A stretch of 64,000 bases of DNA from a virus. Every line of letters begins with the position of its first letter. Within the stretch, counting starts at the first letter, position 1. Below, piece after piece: positions 1 to 8,784 of the stretch. The notes under the pieces are model-generated. The model saw only the letters and a list, made by a program, of their open reading frames with translations. It was not told the DNA's origin and did no database searches. The position numbers and the translations under genes are program-made. The DNA lies in the IMG/VR virus record IMGVR_UViG_3300026097_000980, positions 32,001 through 96,000 of that record; one strand, given 5' to 3'.

Positions 1-1
1 G

Positions 2-700
2 GTCGTCGGCAAGGTCAGGACGATCGTCCTGCCCTGAAGTTGCAACATATAAATTAACCTGGCTACCAAAAGCAGAATTATCTACATATGCCTTAGTGGC
101 AGCAACTAACCCGTTATAAGTAGTATCATCTTCTGCGATTGGACTTCTAGATAAGACCAAAGGCCCAGTCATGACTCCAGCTGCCGGATCGGTTTGCCCG
201 GTAATAGGATCGATAGTATCAATACCCGCAAGACTTATTTTTCTATCTGCATACGCTTTATTGATTGCTTCATGTTCGTATTGCGGAACCAGCGGAGTAT
301 CGTCATCGCCTAAGTCAATAATTCTATACTGCCTCGCACCGGACTGCGCACTTAAATCCCCGCCTAGTTGCGGGTCGGGATCTCCTGATACCGCCGAAAA
401 CTCTGAATTTATGGTGATTTTTGTAGGATCGGTGGTTTGATCTAACGTGATACCTACACCCGGATCGAGTGCCTTAAACACAACACCGTCTTCGGTGCTG
501 TTAACACTTAACACAGTATTTTCGAATCCTACAAATGTATCCGGAGTATCGCTTAGACCAACGAATGTAAGTCTTTCTCCTAGACCTAACGAACTGTATA
601 ATTCTCTAAAGTTATCATTTACCTTACGAAACGATTCACGAATGCTATCGCCTGTTCCGTCGTTGCCGACCGTACCGATATCAATAATTTTTCTTGCCAT
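2..700 (-). CDS. Virion structural protein with T4 gp9/gp10 baseplate-type N-terminus (runs off window edge)
   Basis: Manual translation from ATG at 700: MARKIIDIGTVGNDGTGDSIRESFRKVNDNFRELY, the GxxxNDGTGD motif of T4-like baseplate/fibre proteins; ATAAATA late-type motif upstream (~725-731). Not in ORF track. Confidence 0.85.
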   Translation of the reverse strand, partial: MARKIIDIGTVGNDGTGDSIRESFRKVNDNFRELYSSLGLGERLTFVGLSDTPDTFVGFENTVLSVNSTEDGVVFKALDPGVGITLDQTTDPTKITINSEFSAVSGDPDPQLGGDLSAQSGARQYRIIDLGDDDTPLVPQYEHEAINKAYADRKISLAGIDTIDPITGQTDPAAGVMTGPLVLSRSPIAEDDTTYNGLVAATKAYVDNSAFGSQVNLYVATSGQDDRPDLADD

Positions 701-765
701 GGCCAATCCTGTTTTATATGAAGTATTTATTTGAAAATTTTAAAAGCCGAATGTTAAATAAGTTT

Positions 766-1053
766 ATGTATTTAAAATCTGAAAATATAGTTACAGAACA
801 TGTCAGAATTAGTAAATTAGGTAAAGAACACAGTTATTCGAGAAAAAAAACAGTGGCCTTTCTGGTTTGTGACAACTGCGGCAGTGATTTTCAACGAGAC
901 CTAAAACACATGGACAGGAAACGATTAAACAATAATTACTTTCATGTCTGTTCTAATTGCGATGCAAAAAAGTTTGCAAGGCGCAAAGGTCTAGAAAGAA
1001 AGCAGATATGGGATATGCCAGCCAGTGCTGACATTCCCGTATCAAAATACTAA
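766..1053 (+). CDS. Small Zn-ribbon-type protein (CxxC...CxxC)
   Basis: CDNC and CSNC pairs; start chosen just after TAAATA at 755-760 (start uncertain). Confidence 0.65.
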   Translation: MYLKSENIVTEHVRISKLGKEHSYSRKKTVAFLVCDNCGSDFQRDLKHMDRKRLNNNYFHVCSNCDAKKFARRKGLERKQIWDMPASADIPVSKY

Positions 1054-1060
1054 TAATTAA

Positions 1061-1747
1061 TCAAACATTTTCTTTGTAGAACATGGTTAATAATTGTTTA
1101 ACGATATCCGATCTTACAACATCGTCTAGTGTAAATCTCACAATAGGACATGAAATTCCGTGTTTAACACACATGTCAACAAATCTTGTTAGTGCCATAC
1201 CGTTTTTTACATCTGATTGATTTGGATCTCCCATAAGAACCAGTTTTGCGTTTTCTCCTATGCGTGTAGTAAGTGCTTTTAATTCTTCTAAATCTAAGTT
1301 TTGAGCTTCGTCGACTAAAATAATAGAGTTTTCAAAACTGTTTCCTCGTATTGTTTCAAGAGGTTGAATAACAATTCTTCTTTGTCGCAAATCACATTCA
1401 AATCTACCCTTACCCATTGCTTCTTCAAGAACAGAAGTTATTGGTTTGAGCCACGGTTCTAGCTTTTCTTCAACTGTTCCTGGAAAATATCCAAGTGACT
1501 TACCAGTAGAAATATTAGGACGAGTGATAATAATTTTGCTATATTGTCCTTTTAGGTACAGTTGCGCAGTTTTCATTCCTGAACAAAAAGTTTTACCTGT
1601 GCCAGCCGGCCCGATACACACAGTCATTACACTGTGTTCAATACTATCCAGCAGATATTGTTGCGTAGAATTTTTAGGTTGTATATGAAATGCCGCACTG
1701 CTGTTTAGTTCAATAGCGAATGACTCTTTTTTATTTTTTCTAGACAT
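1061..1747 (-). CDS. phoH: PhoH-like ATPase
   Basis: GPAGTGKT Walker A, LGYFPG, RGNSF, DEAQN, GDPNQSD, VVRS motifs. Confidence 0.95.
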   Translation of the reverse strand: MSRKNKKESFAIELNSSAAFHIQPKNSTQQYLLDSIEHSVMTVCIGPAGTGKTFCSGMKTAQLYLKGQYSKIIITRPNISTGKSLGYFPGTVEEKLEPWLKPITSVLEEAMGKGRFECDLRQRRIVIQPLETIRGNSFENSIILVDEAQNLDLEELKALTTRIGENAKLVLMGDPNQSDVKNGMALTRFVDMCVKHGISCPIVRFTLDDVVRSDIVKQLLTMFYKENV

Positions 1748-1769
1748 AGTTTCTCCCAGGGTAAAAAAG

Positions 1770-1803
1770 AAAAAACCCCACTGGCATTTACTACCAACGG
1801 GGC
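1770..1803 (-). terminator. Intrinsic terminator upstream of phoH
   Basis: CCCCGUUGGUA-GUAAA-UGCCAGUGGGG (11 bp incl. GU) followed by a U6 tract. Confidence 0.8.
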
Positions 1804-1838
1804 TTATATTCTTTGTGATTGTTTTTGTACTTTAACAT
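1791..1838 (-). CDS. Putative 15-aa leader peptide MLKYKNNHKEYKPRW overlapping the terminator 5' arm
   Basis: ATG 8 nt after a TAAATA motif; tandem TAG TAA stops fall in the hairpin arm/loop. Confidence 0.4.
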   Translation of the reverse strand: MLKYKNNHKEYKPRW

Positions 1839-1877
1839 ACAAAAAATATTTACCTGAAATGTTCGATCTTATACCTG

Positions 1878-2045
1878 TTATGCTTCTTTTTTCCAAAGAG
1901 TCCAAGCACCGTAAACTACAGCAATTAGACCTGCAAATTTAGCAAGGTTAGCCGCAAAAATAGCAACTAGACCCATAACGATTAGTCCTGCACCGTCCCA
2001 GGTAGTTCTTTCTTTAAGGCGTGATGTAATCCATGATTTAACCAT
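1878..2045 (-). CDS. 55-aa two-TM membrane protein, holin-like
   Basis: Manual translation MVKSWITSRLKERTTWDGAGLIVMGLVAIFAANLAKFAGLIAVVYGAWTLWKKEA; AGGAG SD and ATAAATA upstream. Confidence 0.7.
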   Translation of the reverse strand: MVKSWITSRLKERTTWDGAGLIVMGLVAIFAANLAKFAGLIAVVYGAWTLWKKEA

Positions 2046-2102
2046 TTTGTTTCTCCTGTGCCTATATTTATTGTAAATATTTGTCCTTAAGGAGAATAAA
2101 AC

Positions 2103-2420
2103 ATGTTTGGATTTTTAAAGAAACTTTTCGGTTCAGAAGAATCATCGCTCTATACTAAACCAGAAAGCGAAAGCAGGGTAGGCATTGACAAACCCAAAGT
2201 CACTCCTACCATTGAAGAACCAAAAGCAAAACCTGCACAGACAAAACAAGAACAGCCTAAAAAGCGTGGTCGTAAGAAAGCCGGTATTACAAAAACCGAT
2301 CTTAACAAAATGACCAAAGACGAGTTAGAAGCTTACGCTAAGAAGGAACATAAAGTTGATCTTGACAAGCGTAAGAAGAAGGCAGATCTTGTTGAGGAAG
2401 TGTTGAAGCTTGCGAAGTAA
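2103..2420 (+). CDS. Basic protein with C-terminal Rho_N/HeH-like helical domain
   Basis: DLNKMTKDELEAYAK...KKKADLVEEVL pattern; AAGGAG SD. Confidence 0.7.
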   Translation: MFGFLKKLFGSEESSLYTKPESESRVGIDKPKVTPTIEEPKAKPAQTKQEQPKKRGRKKAGITKTDLNKMTKDELEAYAKKEHKVDLDKRKKKADLVEEVLKLAK

Positions 2421-3432
2421 ATTCTTCGTAGAGCTTCGCGCTCGCTAAGTTTTTCATCTTTGCTTCCACCATAATGTCTGAGTATTCCCAAAACTCCTTT
2501 GCCCACGCATTACAGGCTGTATTCCACATATAGTCTGAGTGGGCACGGAGTTTTTGCTTTTTATATCCCCATTCTAACAGTTCTGACATATCTGGCTTTT
2601 TATCAGTAGGATGAAGATTAAGTAAATCTTCTCTGCTTAATGAGTAATGAATTACAGGACGAACACCGCGCCAGCTGTCTATTATACGCTTATATTGATC
2701 TGATTCGGGTGTAATGTAATGTCCTTCACGGACCCATTCATGATGTATATCCAGCACGAGGGCAAGGTCGTCGGCAAGTTCGAGGCTGGCGTCTGTTCCC
2801 CAGCACATTTCGTCGTTTTCGATTGTGATAATGTTTCGTGCTTCTGACGAGAGTCTTGGGAGGACTTCTTTGATACCTTGTGGCCCTTTTCTACCCGATA
2901 TGTGTACATTGCATTTAAAGTCTTGAAACGATCGACCGTAGCCCATCCATCGTGCCATATCAGCATGATATTCAAACTCCTCGATACTTCTATTTACTAT
3001 ATCTTCACTTTCGCTACTAAGTACAGTAAACTGACCAGGGTGAAAAGATAGACGCACGTCAAGATCGCGAGCAAGATCCCCAACCCTTGCAAACGCTCGT
3101 TCGCAATAGTCGCGCACGTCGCTACGCTTCCAAAAGTAGCTCCAACTGCGTTCAGTATAAACAGGAAGGCAATCACTCCCCAGCCGAACCATTCTAAGCC
3201 CATCGGGCAAACCTCCTACATATTCTATCAGATTGTAATAACTTTGAATGTTATGCTCCATCAACTCCCAAAGACGTTGTTCTGCATCTTCTTGAGTTTG
3301 ACGATTAAGCCATGCAACAGTTGTGCATCGAGTATTGAGTGGACGCTGAATTTCTTCTAGCACTTTCTTTTTCTGATCTTGATCAAGGTGCATGTATTTG
3401 CATGCAAAACCAATACGTTTTTTCATAGCCAT
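2338..3432 (-). CDS. uvsE: UV-damage endonuclease UvsE/UvdE
   Basis: RIGFACK, RLSFHPGQF, IENDE, LVLDIHH, RAHSDY, IMVEAKMK motifs. Confidence 0.93.
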   Translation of the reverse strand: MAMKKRIGFACKYMHLDQDQKKKVLEEIQRPLNTRCTTVAWLNRQTQEDAEQRLWELMEHNIQSYYNLIEYVGGLPDGLRMVRLGSDCLPVYTERSWSYFWKRSDVRDYCERAFARVGDLARDLDVRLSFHPGQFTVLSSESEDIVNRSIEEFEYHADMARWMGYGRSFQDFKCNVHISGRKGPQGIKEVLPRLSSEARNIITIENDEMCWGTDASLELADDLALVLDIHHEWVREGHYITPESDQYKRIIDSWRGVRPVIHYSLSREDLLNLHPTDKKPDMSELLEWGYKKQKLRAHSDYMWNTACNAWAKEFWEYSDIMVEAKMKNLASAKLYEEFTSQASTLPQQDLPSSYACQDQLYVPS

Positions 3433-3441
3433 AACATTAGT

Positions 3442-3993
3442 TTACATTGAAAAAACAGGGTTGTCAACATAACTAACCCCTATTCCTATTGTTTTTCTGC
3501 TACCGTTTACACTAAACCATCGATGTTCAGTATCGGAAGTATTACGCCAGCATATTAGTCTGTTATGTTTATACGGAAACGATAACGTTATTCCTTCGTT
3601 GTTTCTTGCTTCAAAGTAGCCACCGGGTTTCTGACCTAAGTAAAGCATCATATGATACTTTTTTTCAGGAAGATCGGTATGCCAATCTCTTGCCAGTCGC
3701 ATCTCGTGATCAACATAATCTCTAAATGCAATATGATTCAACCTTGTGGACTTTTCGTATTTGTCGTTAAAAATAATATCTAAAGTTGTAATCAGTTCTT
3801 TCTCTCGTTGAACGTAGTTTACATCGTAAAACTCTTTGAAAACACCATTAAGATCTGGATTTTTTAACTTTCCGCCTTTTACTGGAAAATTATCTCTCAT
3901 TGTGTCGGCTACTACTTGCGGAAGTACATTTTCTATAAGAATCATCGGCCACGGTAAATCAAATTTTGTGTAGGAGTTCTGTAAAATATACAT
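3442..3993 (-). CDS. 2OG-Fe(II) oxygenase family protein
   Basis: WHTD ... H ... RKT facial-triad pattern. Confidence 0.7.
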   Translation of the reverse strand: MYILQNSYTKFDLPWPMILIENVLPQVVADTMRDNFPVKGGKLKNPDLNGVFKEFYDVNYVQREKELITTLDIIFNDKYEKSTRLNHIAFRDYVDHEMRLARDWHTDLPEKKYHMMLYLGQKPGGYFEARNNEGITLSFPYKHNRLICWRNTSDTEHRWFSVNGSRKTIGIGVSYVDNPVFSM

Positions 3994-3994
3994 T

Positions 3995-4690
3995 TCAATG
4001 CCAGTTTTCGATTACAATTTTATCTTTAACTTCGTGTGGTTTAGGCTCACCGTGAAATACCAGTACAGCACAGTGTTTGTGTGGTTGGACATCATCTCTA
4101 ACAGTTTTAAAAGAACGTTTATTCGCTTTATACAGCAATTCACTGCGATCTCTAACTTCCCATTTGTAGCTCTGGATCCATTGATCCGGCCAAAAACAGA
4201 TTTGATTTTTTGCAACCTGCCATATCCAATCTTGATCTCCGTGTAATCTCTGTGCTTGTTTCTTGTCTCTTATAAAATTATCAAAGATATGGTTATGATG
4301 ACCAGCCATCCAGCTCATAATACTGCTATTGAGTACATTCCATTTAGGATTAAACTTTCGATTGAAATCGCGAATACCATAAAATCTGTCTCCGCAGTTG
4401 TCATAGAGTCTGGTAAGTGCTCCGACTATGACCACGTCCAGGTCAAAGTATAACATTCTACCTTCTAGACCTAGATTTTTATCAAATAAATGTACTTTAT
4501 GCCACCACGCTTTTTTATATTTTTGATTTTCTAAAATTAAAAGTTCAACACCTTCAATCGGAGTAGGATCGTCGGTAATACAATAAAATTTATACGGTCC
4601 GGTGATATTTCTCGAAACCATATTTCTTAATCGTTCTACATATTCTATACCGTATAACGATCCTATTCTAACACAGATAACATTTATCAT
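3995..4690 (-). CDS. Glycosyltransferase (GT-A fold)
   Basis: Start reassigned to MINVICV, coupled to the queD stop (TAATG); YFDLDVVI DxD, NSSIM, GDQDWI, VFHGEPKP. Confidence 0.85.
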   Translation of the reverse strand: MINVICVRIGSLYGIEYVERLRNMVSRNITGPYKFYCITDDPTPIEGVELLILENQKYKKAWWHKVHLFDKNLGLEGRMLYFDLDVVIVGALTRLYDNCGDRFYGIRDFNRKFNPKWNVLNSSIMSWMAGHHNHIFDNFIRDKKQAQRLHGDQDWIWQVAKNQICFWPDQWIQSYKWEVRDRSELLYKANKRSFKTVRDDVQPHKHCAVLVFHGEPKPHEVKDKIVIENWH

Positions 4691-5274
4691 TAAATTTGTA
4701 ATCTCTTTAATGCTTCTTCGGGTGCTTCCCAATCCCAACGAGATTTCATCGGAAGTGTTTGTTCACTTGGCATTTTACGTTGGGCATCGGTCTTAGCGGT
4801 GTCTTCATCTACTTCTACCATTGCATCGTTGCGTTCGTGCTCATACACGCGAACACGTTCTACATAACAGCGACCTTGTGTAAGTTTGTAGATATAATGA
4901 TTAACATGTTCCCAAATAAACAAACTGCTCATTTCCATACTTACTCCGCTAGGTAACACTCGAAGTGTTCCTAACAATCCTCCGGTGTCTGTTAGCGAAT
5001 CTGGAATATTATTTAATCTTGGATCATCTGCTGGTAATACAGTTACATGATCGAAGTAGTATTCCAAAAATTCTTTCACAGGCTTTAACCCGCCGAACGG
5101 AACAATCCATCCATGCTTGTCAATGTCGCCTGCGAATGTAAATTCCACTGAACGATCGTAACCGTGTACCTGAGCACAGTGTCCGGGTGTACCGTCTTCG
5201 TTTGTATCAAACCATTGTGCATGGCCACATGGTAAATTTTTAAATACTTTAGTTGCTTTTACTTTTATACCCAT
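4690..5274 (-). CDS. queD: 6-carboxy-5,6,7,8-tetrahydropterin synthase / PTPS
   Basis: CGHAQW, HCAQVHGY Zn motif, FGGLK, FDH, SMEMSS, VYEH. Confidence 0.88.
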   Translation of the reverse strand: MGIKVKATKVFKNLPCGHAQWFDTNEDGTPGHCAQVHGYDRSVEFTFAGDIDKHGWIVPFGGLKPVKEFLEYYFDHVTVLPADDPRLNNIPDSLTDTGGLLGTLRVLPSGVSMEMSSLFIWEHVNHYIYKLTQGRCYVERVRVYEHERNDAMVEVDEDTAKTDAQRKMPSEQTLPMKSRWDWEAPEEALKRLQI

Positions 5275-5345
5275 CTCTTGCCTCCTGGTGAGTAAGTTTG
5301 ACAGGCGGCAGAATATTTAATGAGGGATGACGCCTAAGACCTCTA
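5275..5345 (-). promoter_or_regulatory. Candidate preQ1-I-like riboswitch / translational switch in the queD 5' UTR
   Basis: AGAGG-UCUUAGGCGUCAUC-CCUC-AUUAAAUAUU-CUGCCGCCUG...CAGGAGGCA-AGAG-AUG: P1 stem, loop-tail pseudoknot and a competing SD-sequestering hairpin. Confidence 0.55.
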
Positions 5346-5350
5346 CGTTA

Positions 5351-5379
5351 ATTATAAAGCATATTTAACATATTTGCAA
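5351..5379 (-). promoter_or_regulatory. Sigma70-type promoter for queD
   Basis: TTGCAA-N17-TATAAT; predicted +1 near 5344. Confidence 0.75.
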
Positions 5380-5996
5380 TAGGTATTATTAAAATCTTGT
5401 ATAGGCATAAACTCGCTGTTGCGAAACTGCCATTCTTTTGGCATATTCCAACGAGGGTGATTGACTATAATAAATTTTTTAGATTTGTACAGTTTGATTA
5501 CTTTTGATATTTGATAAGTCCAGTAGCTAGGATCAACCGGTCTAGAACCTGGATCTGCATAATTTTTGGTTCCTTTGAATAGATTGTTAACTTTGCCTCT
5601 ATTACTGTAAAGATCAAACCCTAACAAAAATATTTCATCTGCATTTATTTCTTCTTGTGCCGCTAATAACACTGCATAAGGCCCACTACCCCAGTGAAAC
5701 GGATCGTCTGGACGTTTTGAAGGAGTATAAGGAACATCTGGTACAGTATGTATTCTTTTGTCTTTCATTACTTTTCTGTAATAATGATACCATCGGTCTC
5801 TGACATAAATTTTACTGTGTTCTGCATTTAAATGATCGATAGCTTCTTCGACCATTCTTTTGTCACAGCAAACTAGATGGTCTACATAATCGTATCTGAA
5901 TATTGCATTACAGCCTATTATGGTTTCGAAGTTTAAATCTGATAAAAGGATACCTGCGCGACTTTCGCCGTTTCCGGCTACAAGAATTTGATTCAC
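5352..5996 (-). CDS. MptE-like / DUF115-type Rossmann protein
   Basis: GTG start after upstream stop; ILVAGNGESR, IIGCN, SGPYAV, IFLLGFD motifs. Confidence 0.6.
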   Translation of the reverse strand: MNQILVAGNGESRAGILLSDLNFETIIGCNAIFRYDYVDHLVCCDKRMVEEAIDHLNAEHSKIYVRDRWYHYYRKVMKDKRIHTVPDVPYTPSKRPDDPFHWGSGPYAVLLAAQEEINADEIFLLGFDLYSNRGKVNNLFKGTKNYADPGSRPVDPSYWTYQISKVIKLYKSKKFIIVNHPRWNMPKEWQFRNSEFMPIQDFNNTYCKYVKYAL

Positions 5997-5997
5997 A

Positions 5998-6873
5998 CTA
6001 TCCTCTTTCTTTAATTTCCCCGAACGGATACCAGCTTCCAGGAGTTCCAGCTCGTAGGCAAACCCATCCGACATTTCTTCCTACACTTGGATTTGCATTC
6101 CAGATAATGTCTCCGACTGTGTGCGTTCCTGTCTTAGGTGGTGCTTCAGCATATTTGTGTAAATGATTATGAATTCTAACAGGACCGTTAACGTGAAGAT
6201 CAACATCTGGGTCTGAATTTTTAACACCAATAGCAAGTTTTCCGTTTAGGTTAACCTTGATAGGATTAGTGTTAACATTTCCTAGCTGAATATCACCGTT
6301 TGCTGAAACAGAAATTCGCGGAGTGTCGTCTGTTACAATATGAAAATCCGAACTGGCAAATGTACCTACCATTCCTGATAGATCTTCGGAAGTACCTAAC
6401 ATAACTTCCACGCCCATTTCTGCAATAGAAAGAGCCGCGTTCGGTTCGTCTGTGCCTAGTCCTAATCTGTCAACGGATGCATTGTAAAACAAATATTGAT
6501 TGATGTTTAACCCGCCGTCGACTGTGAGTCCTTTTAATCTTCCTAGTTCTCTTAGATTACTTTTGGTAATGCTATTTCCTAAGCTATCTTCTGTAACAAC
6601 AGGAACATTATTAATGCTGTAGTGTCGATCTTTTGCTAGATCTAAGTTTTCTGTACTGAAGAATCTGTCAGGTTTTGCAGATAAAACTAACTGTTTAGTA
6701 TAACCGTCGCCACTAAACAATAAACCTTTTCCGTAGTTAGGTTGTTTCTTCTTGCTTTTGAATTCAAGATGATTAAGATCTGACCAAACTACATCTGTGG
6801 CTTCTTTGTTGACACTAAGCTCAGTGAGTGCCTGGGATATAATATCAATCGGATTAGGAGTTTCTTTGCTCAT
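5998..6873 (-). CDS. Tail-fibre-like structural protein
   Basis: RLGLGTDEP / KLAIGVKN beta repeats, C-terminal VGDIIWN...GWVC...GTPGSW; TATAAATA 5 nt before ATG. Confidence 0.65.
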   Translation of the reverse strand: MSKETPNPIDIISQALTELSVNKEATDVVWSDLNHLEFKSKKKQPNYGKGLLFSGDGYTKQLVLSAKPDRFFSTENLDLAKDRHYSINNVPVVTEDSLGNSITKSNLRELGRLKGLTVDGGLNINQYLFYNASVDRLGLGTDEPNAALSIAEMGVEVMLGTSEDLSGMVGTFASSDFHIVTDDTPRISVSANGDIQLGNVNTNPIKVNLNGKLAIGVKNSDPDVDLHVNGPVRIHNHLHKYAEAPPKTGTHTVGDIIWNANPSVGRNVGWVCLRAGTPGSWYPFGEIKERG

Positions 6874-6881
6874 ACTCTTAT

Positions 6882-8063
6882 TTATAAGACTTTGAGAAGA
6901 ATTGTGTCCTCATTTAATCTGCCAGTAAGCTTGATGTCCACAGCATTGATATCATCCATAAACTTACGAAGTGCTACCTTACCTGCTGATTTAAATTCTG
7001 CAAGTTTCTCTTCGGGTTTACGCAGAGTTTTTTGTATACTCAGTGTTTCGCTAAAGTTTGTAATACTGGTTCCTTTAACACCTAACTTTGCTCCCGTATT
7101 GTAAGGGTCGTCTACGACATATTTTCCAAGTTTACGTGTCTTTGTATTGTAGACCCATAGTTCATTCGCTGTAAGCACTTTTACAGGGTCTACGGATACC
7201 AATTTAAGCGGAGCGTGTTCCTTCATATACTTTAGCTTTTCTACAATTTTTTCTGCAGGTTTAGATCTACGGGCTTTTGGCTTGCGTTGTGCCTTCTGAG
7301 ATTCTTGTAGCATAGTACATGCAGAATCTATTTCTTCATAAAACGCAATAATGTTTTTGATTGCTTTTTTGCTTAAATGTGCATATGCTTCTTTTAACTG
7401 TTCGTCGGCACCTGCAAGCACTTCTCGCATTTCTTCCAACTCGGGAAGGTGCATATCTTTGATTAGTCTTGCATGACCCGCCTTGGCTTCTGCTTTTGTT
7501 AGTATAGTTTTCGCAGAAAACTTCTTTACGTCATAATTTTCAGGATCTGCAAACAGTTTTTCTGCTTCAGTATCTAACCCATAATTCATACTGACAGCAG
7601 TTTCCCAAGTGCGTTGCTGAATAGTTTTTACAGGTGCTTCTGGCTTTGCTTCTTCAGCTTCTATAATTTTCTCACCTTTTGCAATAGCCGCGTCGACTAA
7701 ATTCTTTAGACTTTCGCTTACTGGTTTTACTGTTCCATTAGTGCCGTCGAGTGCTTCCCAATATTCTTTGTGACCAGGATGAATATCAGGCATTCCCACA
7801 TTTAAGCATTTTGCTAACACACCCGCATAATGAAGTCCGTCTGTGCCTTGGCTACGAACCGCTTTAATATCTTCCTTGGTGTACCCATTGTCTTTCATCC
7901 AGTCGTATACATCAGGCATGAGATCGGAAGCTTTTTTCTCAATACGATAATAATCCAATGCTTGTTGTCTTACACGATTATATTCTTCACCGCTTAGTTC
8001 TAGTGCGTTCTGAAACTTAGGCAACGATGTAGTTTGTTTTTTGGGGCGTGTCTTAGTGGTCAT
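6882..8063 (-). CDS. Conserved T4-like phage hypothetical protein
   Basis: 393-aa ORF; C-terminal LWVYNTKTRKL...TLRKPEE...GRLNEDTILL recalled from T4-like phages. Confidence 0.75.
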   Translation of the reverse strand: MTTKTRPKKQTTSLPKFQNALELSGEEYNRVRQQALDYYRIEKKASDLMPDVYDWMKDNGYTKEDIKAVRSQGTDGLHYAGVLAKCLNVGMPDIHPGHKEYWEALDGTNGTVKPVSESLKNLVDAAIAKGEKIIEAEEAKPEAPVKTIQQRTWETAVSMNYGLDTEAEKLFADPENYDVKKFSAKTILTKAEAKAGHARLIKDMHLPELEEMREVLAGADEQLKEAYAHLSKKAIKNIIAFYEEIDSACTMLQESQKAQRKPKARRSKPAEKIVEKLKYMKEHAPLKLVSVDPVKVLTANELWVYNTKTRKLGKYVVDDPYNTGAKLGVKGTSITNFSETLSIQKTLRKPEEKLAEFKSAGKVALRKFMDDINAVDIKLTGRLNEDTILLKVL

Positions 8064-8113
8064 TTCTATTCCTGTTTAAAAACTATATAGCATTTATACT
8101 TGGAAGAATAATA

Positions 8114-8761
8114 TTAGTCAAGTACTTTGACATAATTTAGTTGAGTAGTACCATCTGCTCGTCGATTTTTGACTTTGCCCTTAACAGAATACGGCATGCC
8201 GTTCTCTAGACTTTCGCGATACCAAAAGTCCATGATCTTGTTTTCTGTGCGAGCCGTAATGCGGAACTTGTCATAGTAAACTGAATAGCGACAGGCTTCG
8301 ACAATAATCTCTCCGCGGAAGTTGTCTGTTTCAACTACAGTAGACGCTCGCTTCTTCTGGTCAATCTCACGCTTCTCTTGATCCACGCGATAAACTTTAG
8401 GAAGACAACTAACAATACTGCATTCGTATTGTGTTCTGTATGAGATTTCATCGTTGGAAATAACTGTCAACACAGTTTGCTGAAAGTCGTTGAGTTTGCC
8501 CGCAAGCTGAAGCATTACATAGCCGCGGAAGTGTGTGAGCATTTCTTTAGCGGTGGTACGATCAGTATCAGTGACTGTGAGTGGATCAACGCCACGACAG
8601 TGATCCATAACCATATACTTGTTTGCTCTGCGTAATAATTTATGTTCAGAGGCGTCGCCATACTCGGGATGCTTAACATAGCCACCGTTGACGCGATCAG
8701 CGGCGATTGCTACAGCCAGTGCTTCGAGTGTTGGAAAAGTTTGTGACATTGTTCGCTCCAA
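8114..8761 (-). CDS. Hypothetical protein (possible C-terminal OB fold)
   Basis: ORF with TTGACA-N17-TAACAT promoter; VKGKVK...TQLNYVK ending. Confidence 0.7.
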   Translation of the reverse strand: MERTMSQTFPTLEALAVAIAADRVNGGYVKHPEYGDASEHKLLRRANKYMVMDHCRGVDPLTVTDTDRTTAKEMLTHFRGYVMLQLAGKLNDFQQTVLTVISNDEISYRTQYECSIVSCLPKVYRVDQEKREIDQKKRASTVVETDNFRGEIIVEACRYSVYYDKFRITARTENKIMDFWYRESLENGMPYSVKGKVKNRRADGTTQLNYVKVLD

Positions 8762-8784
8762 TGGTTAACCTAACTTTTATTATG

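Noticed and set aside
171-734. Plus-strand ORFs 171-440 and 447-734
   Set aside because: Antisense shadows of the minus-strand structural gene starting at 700
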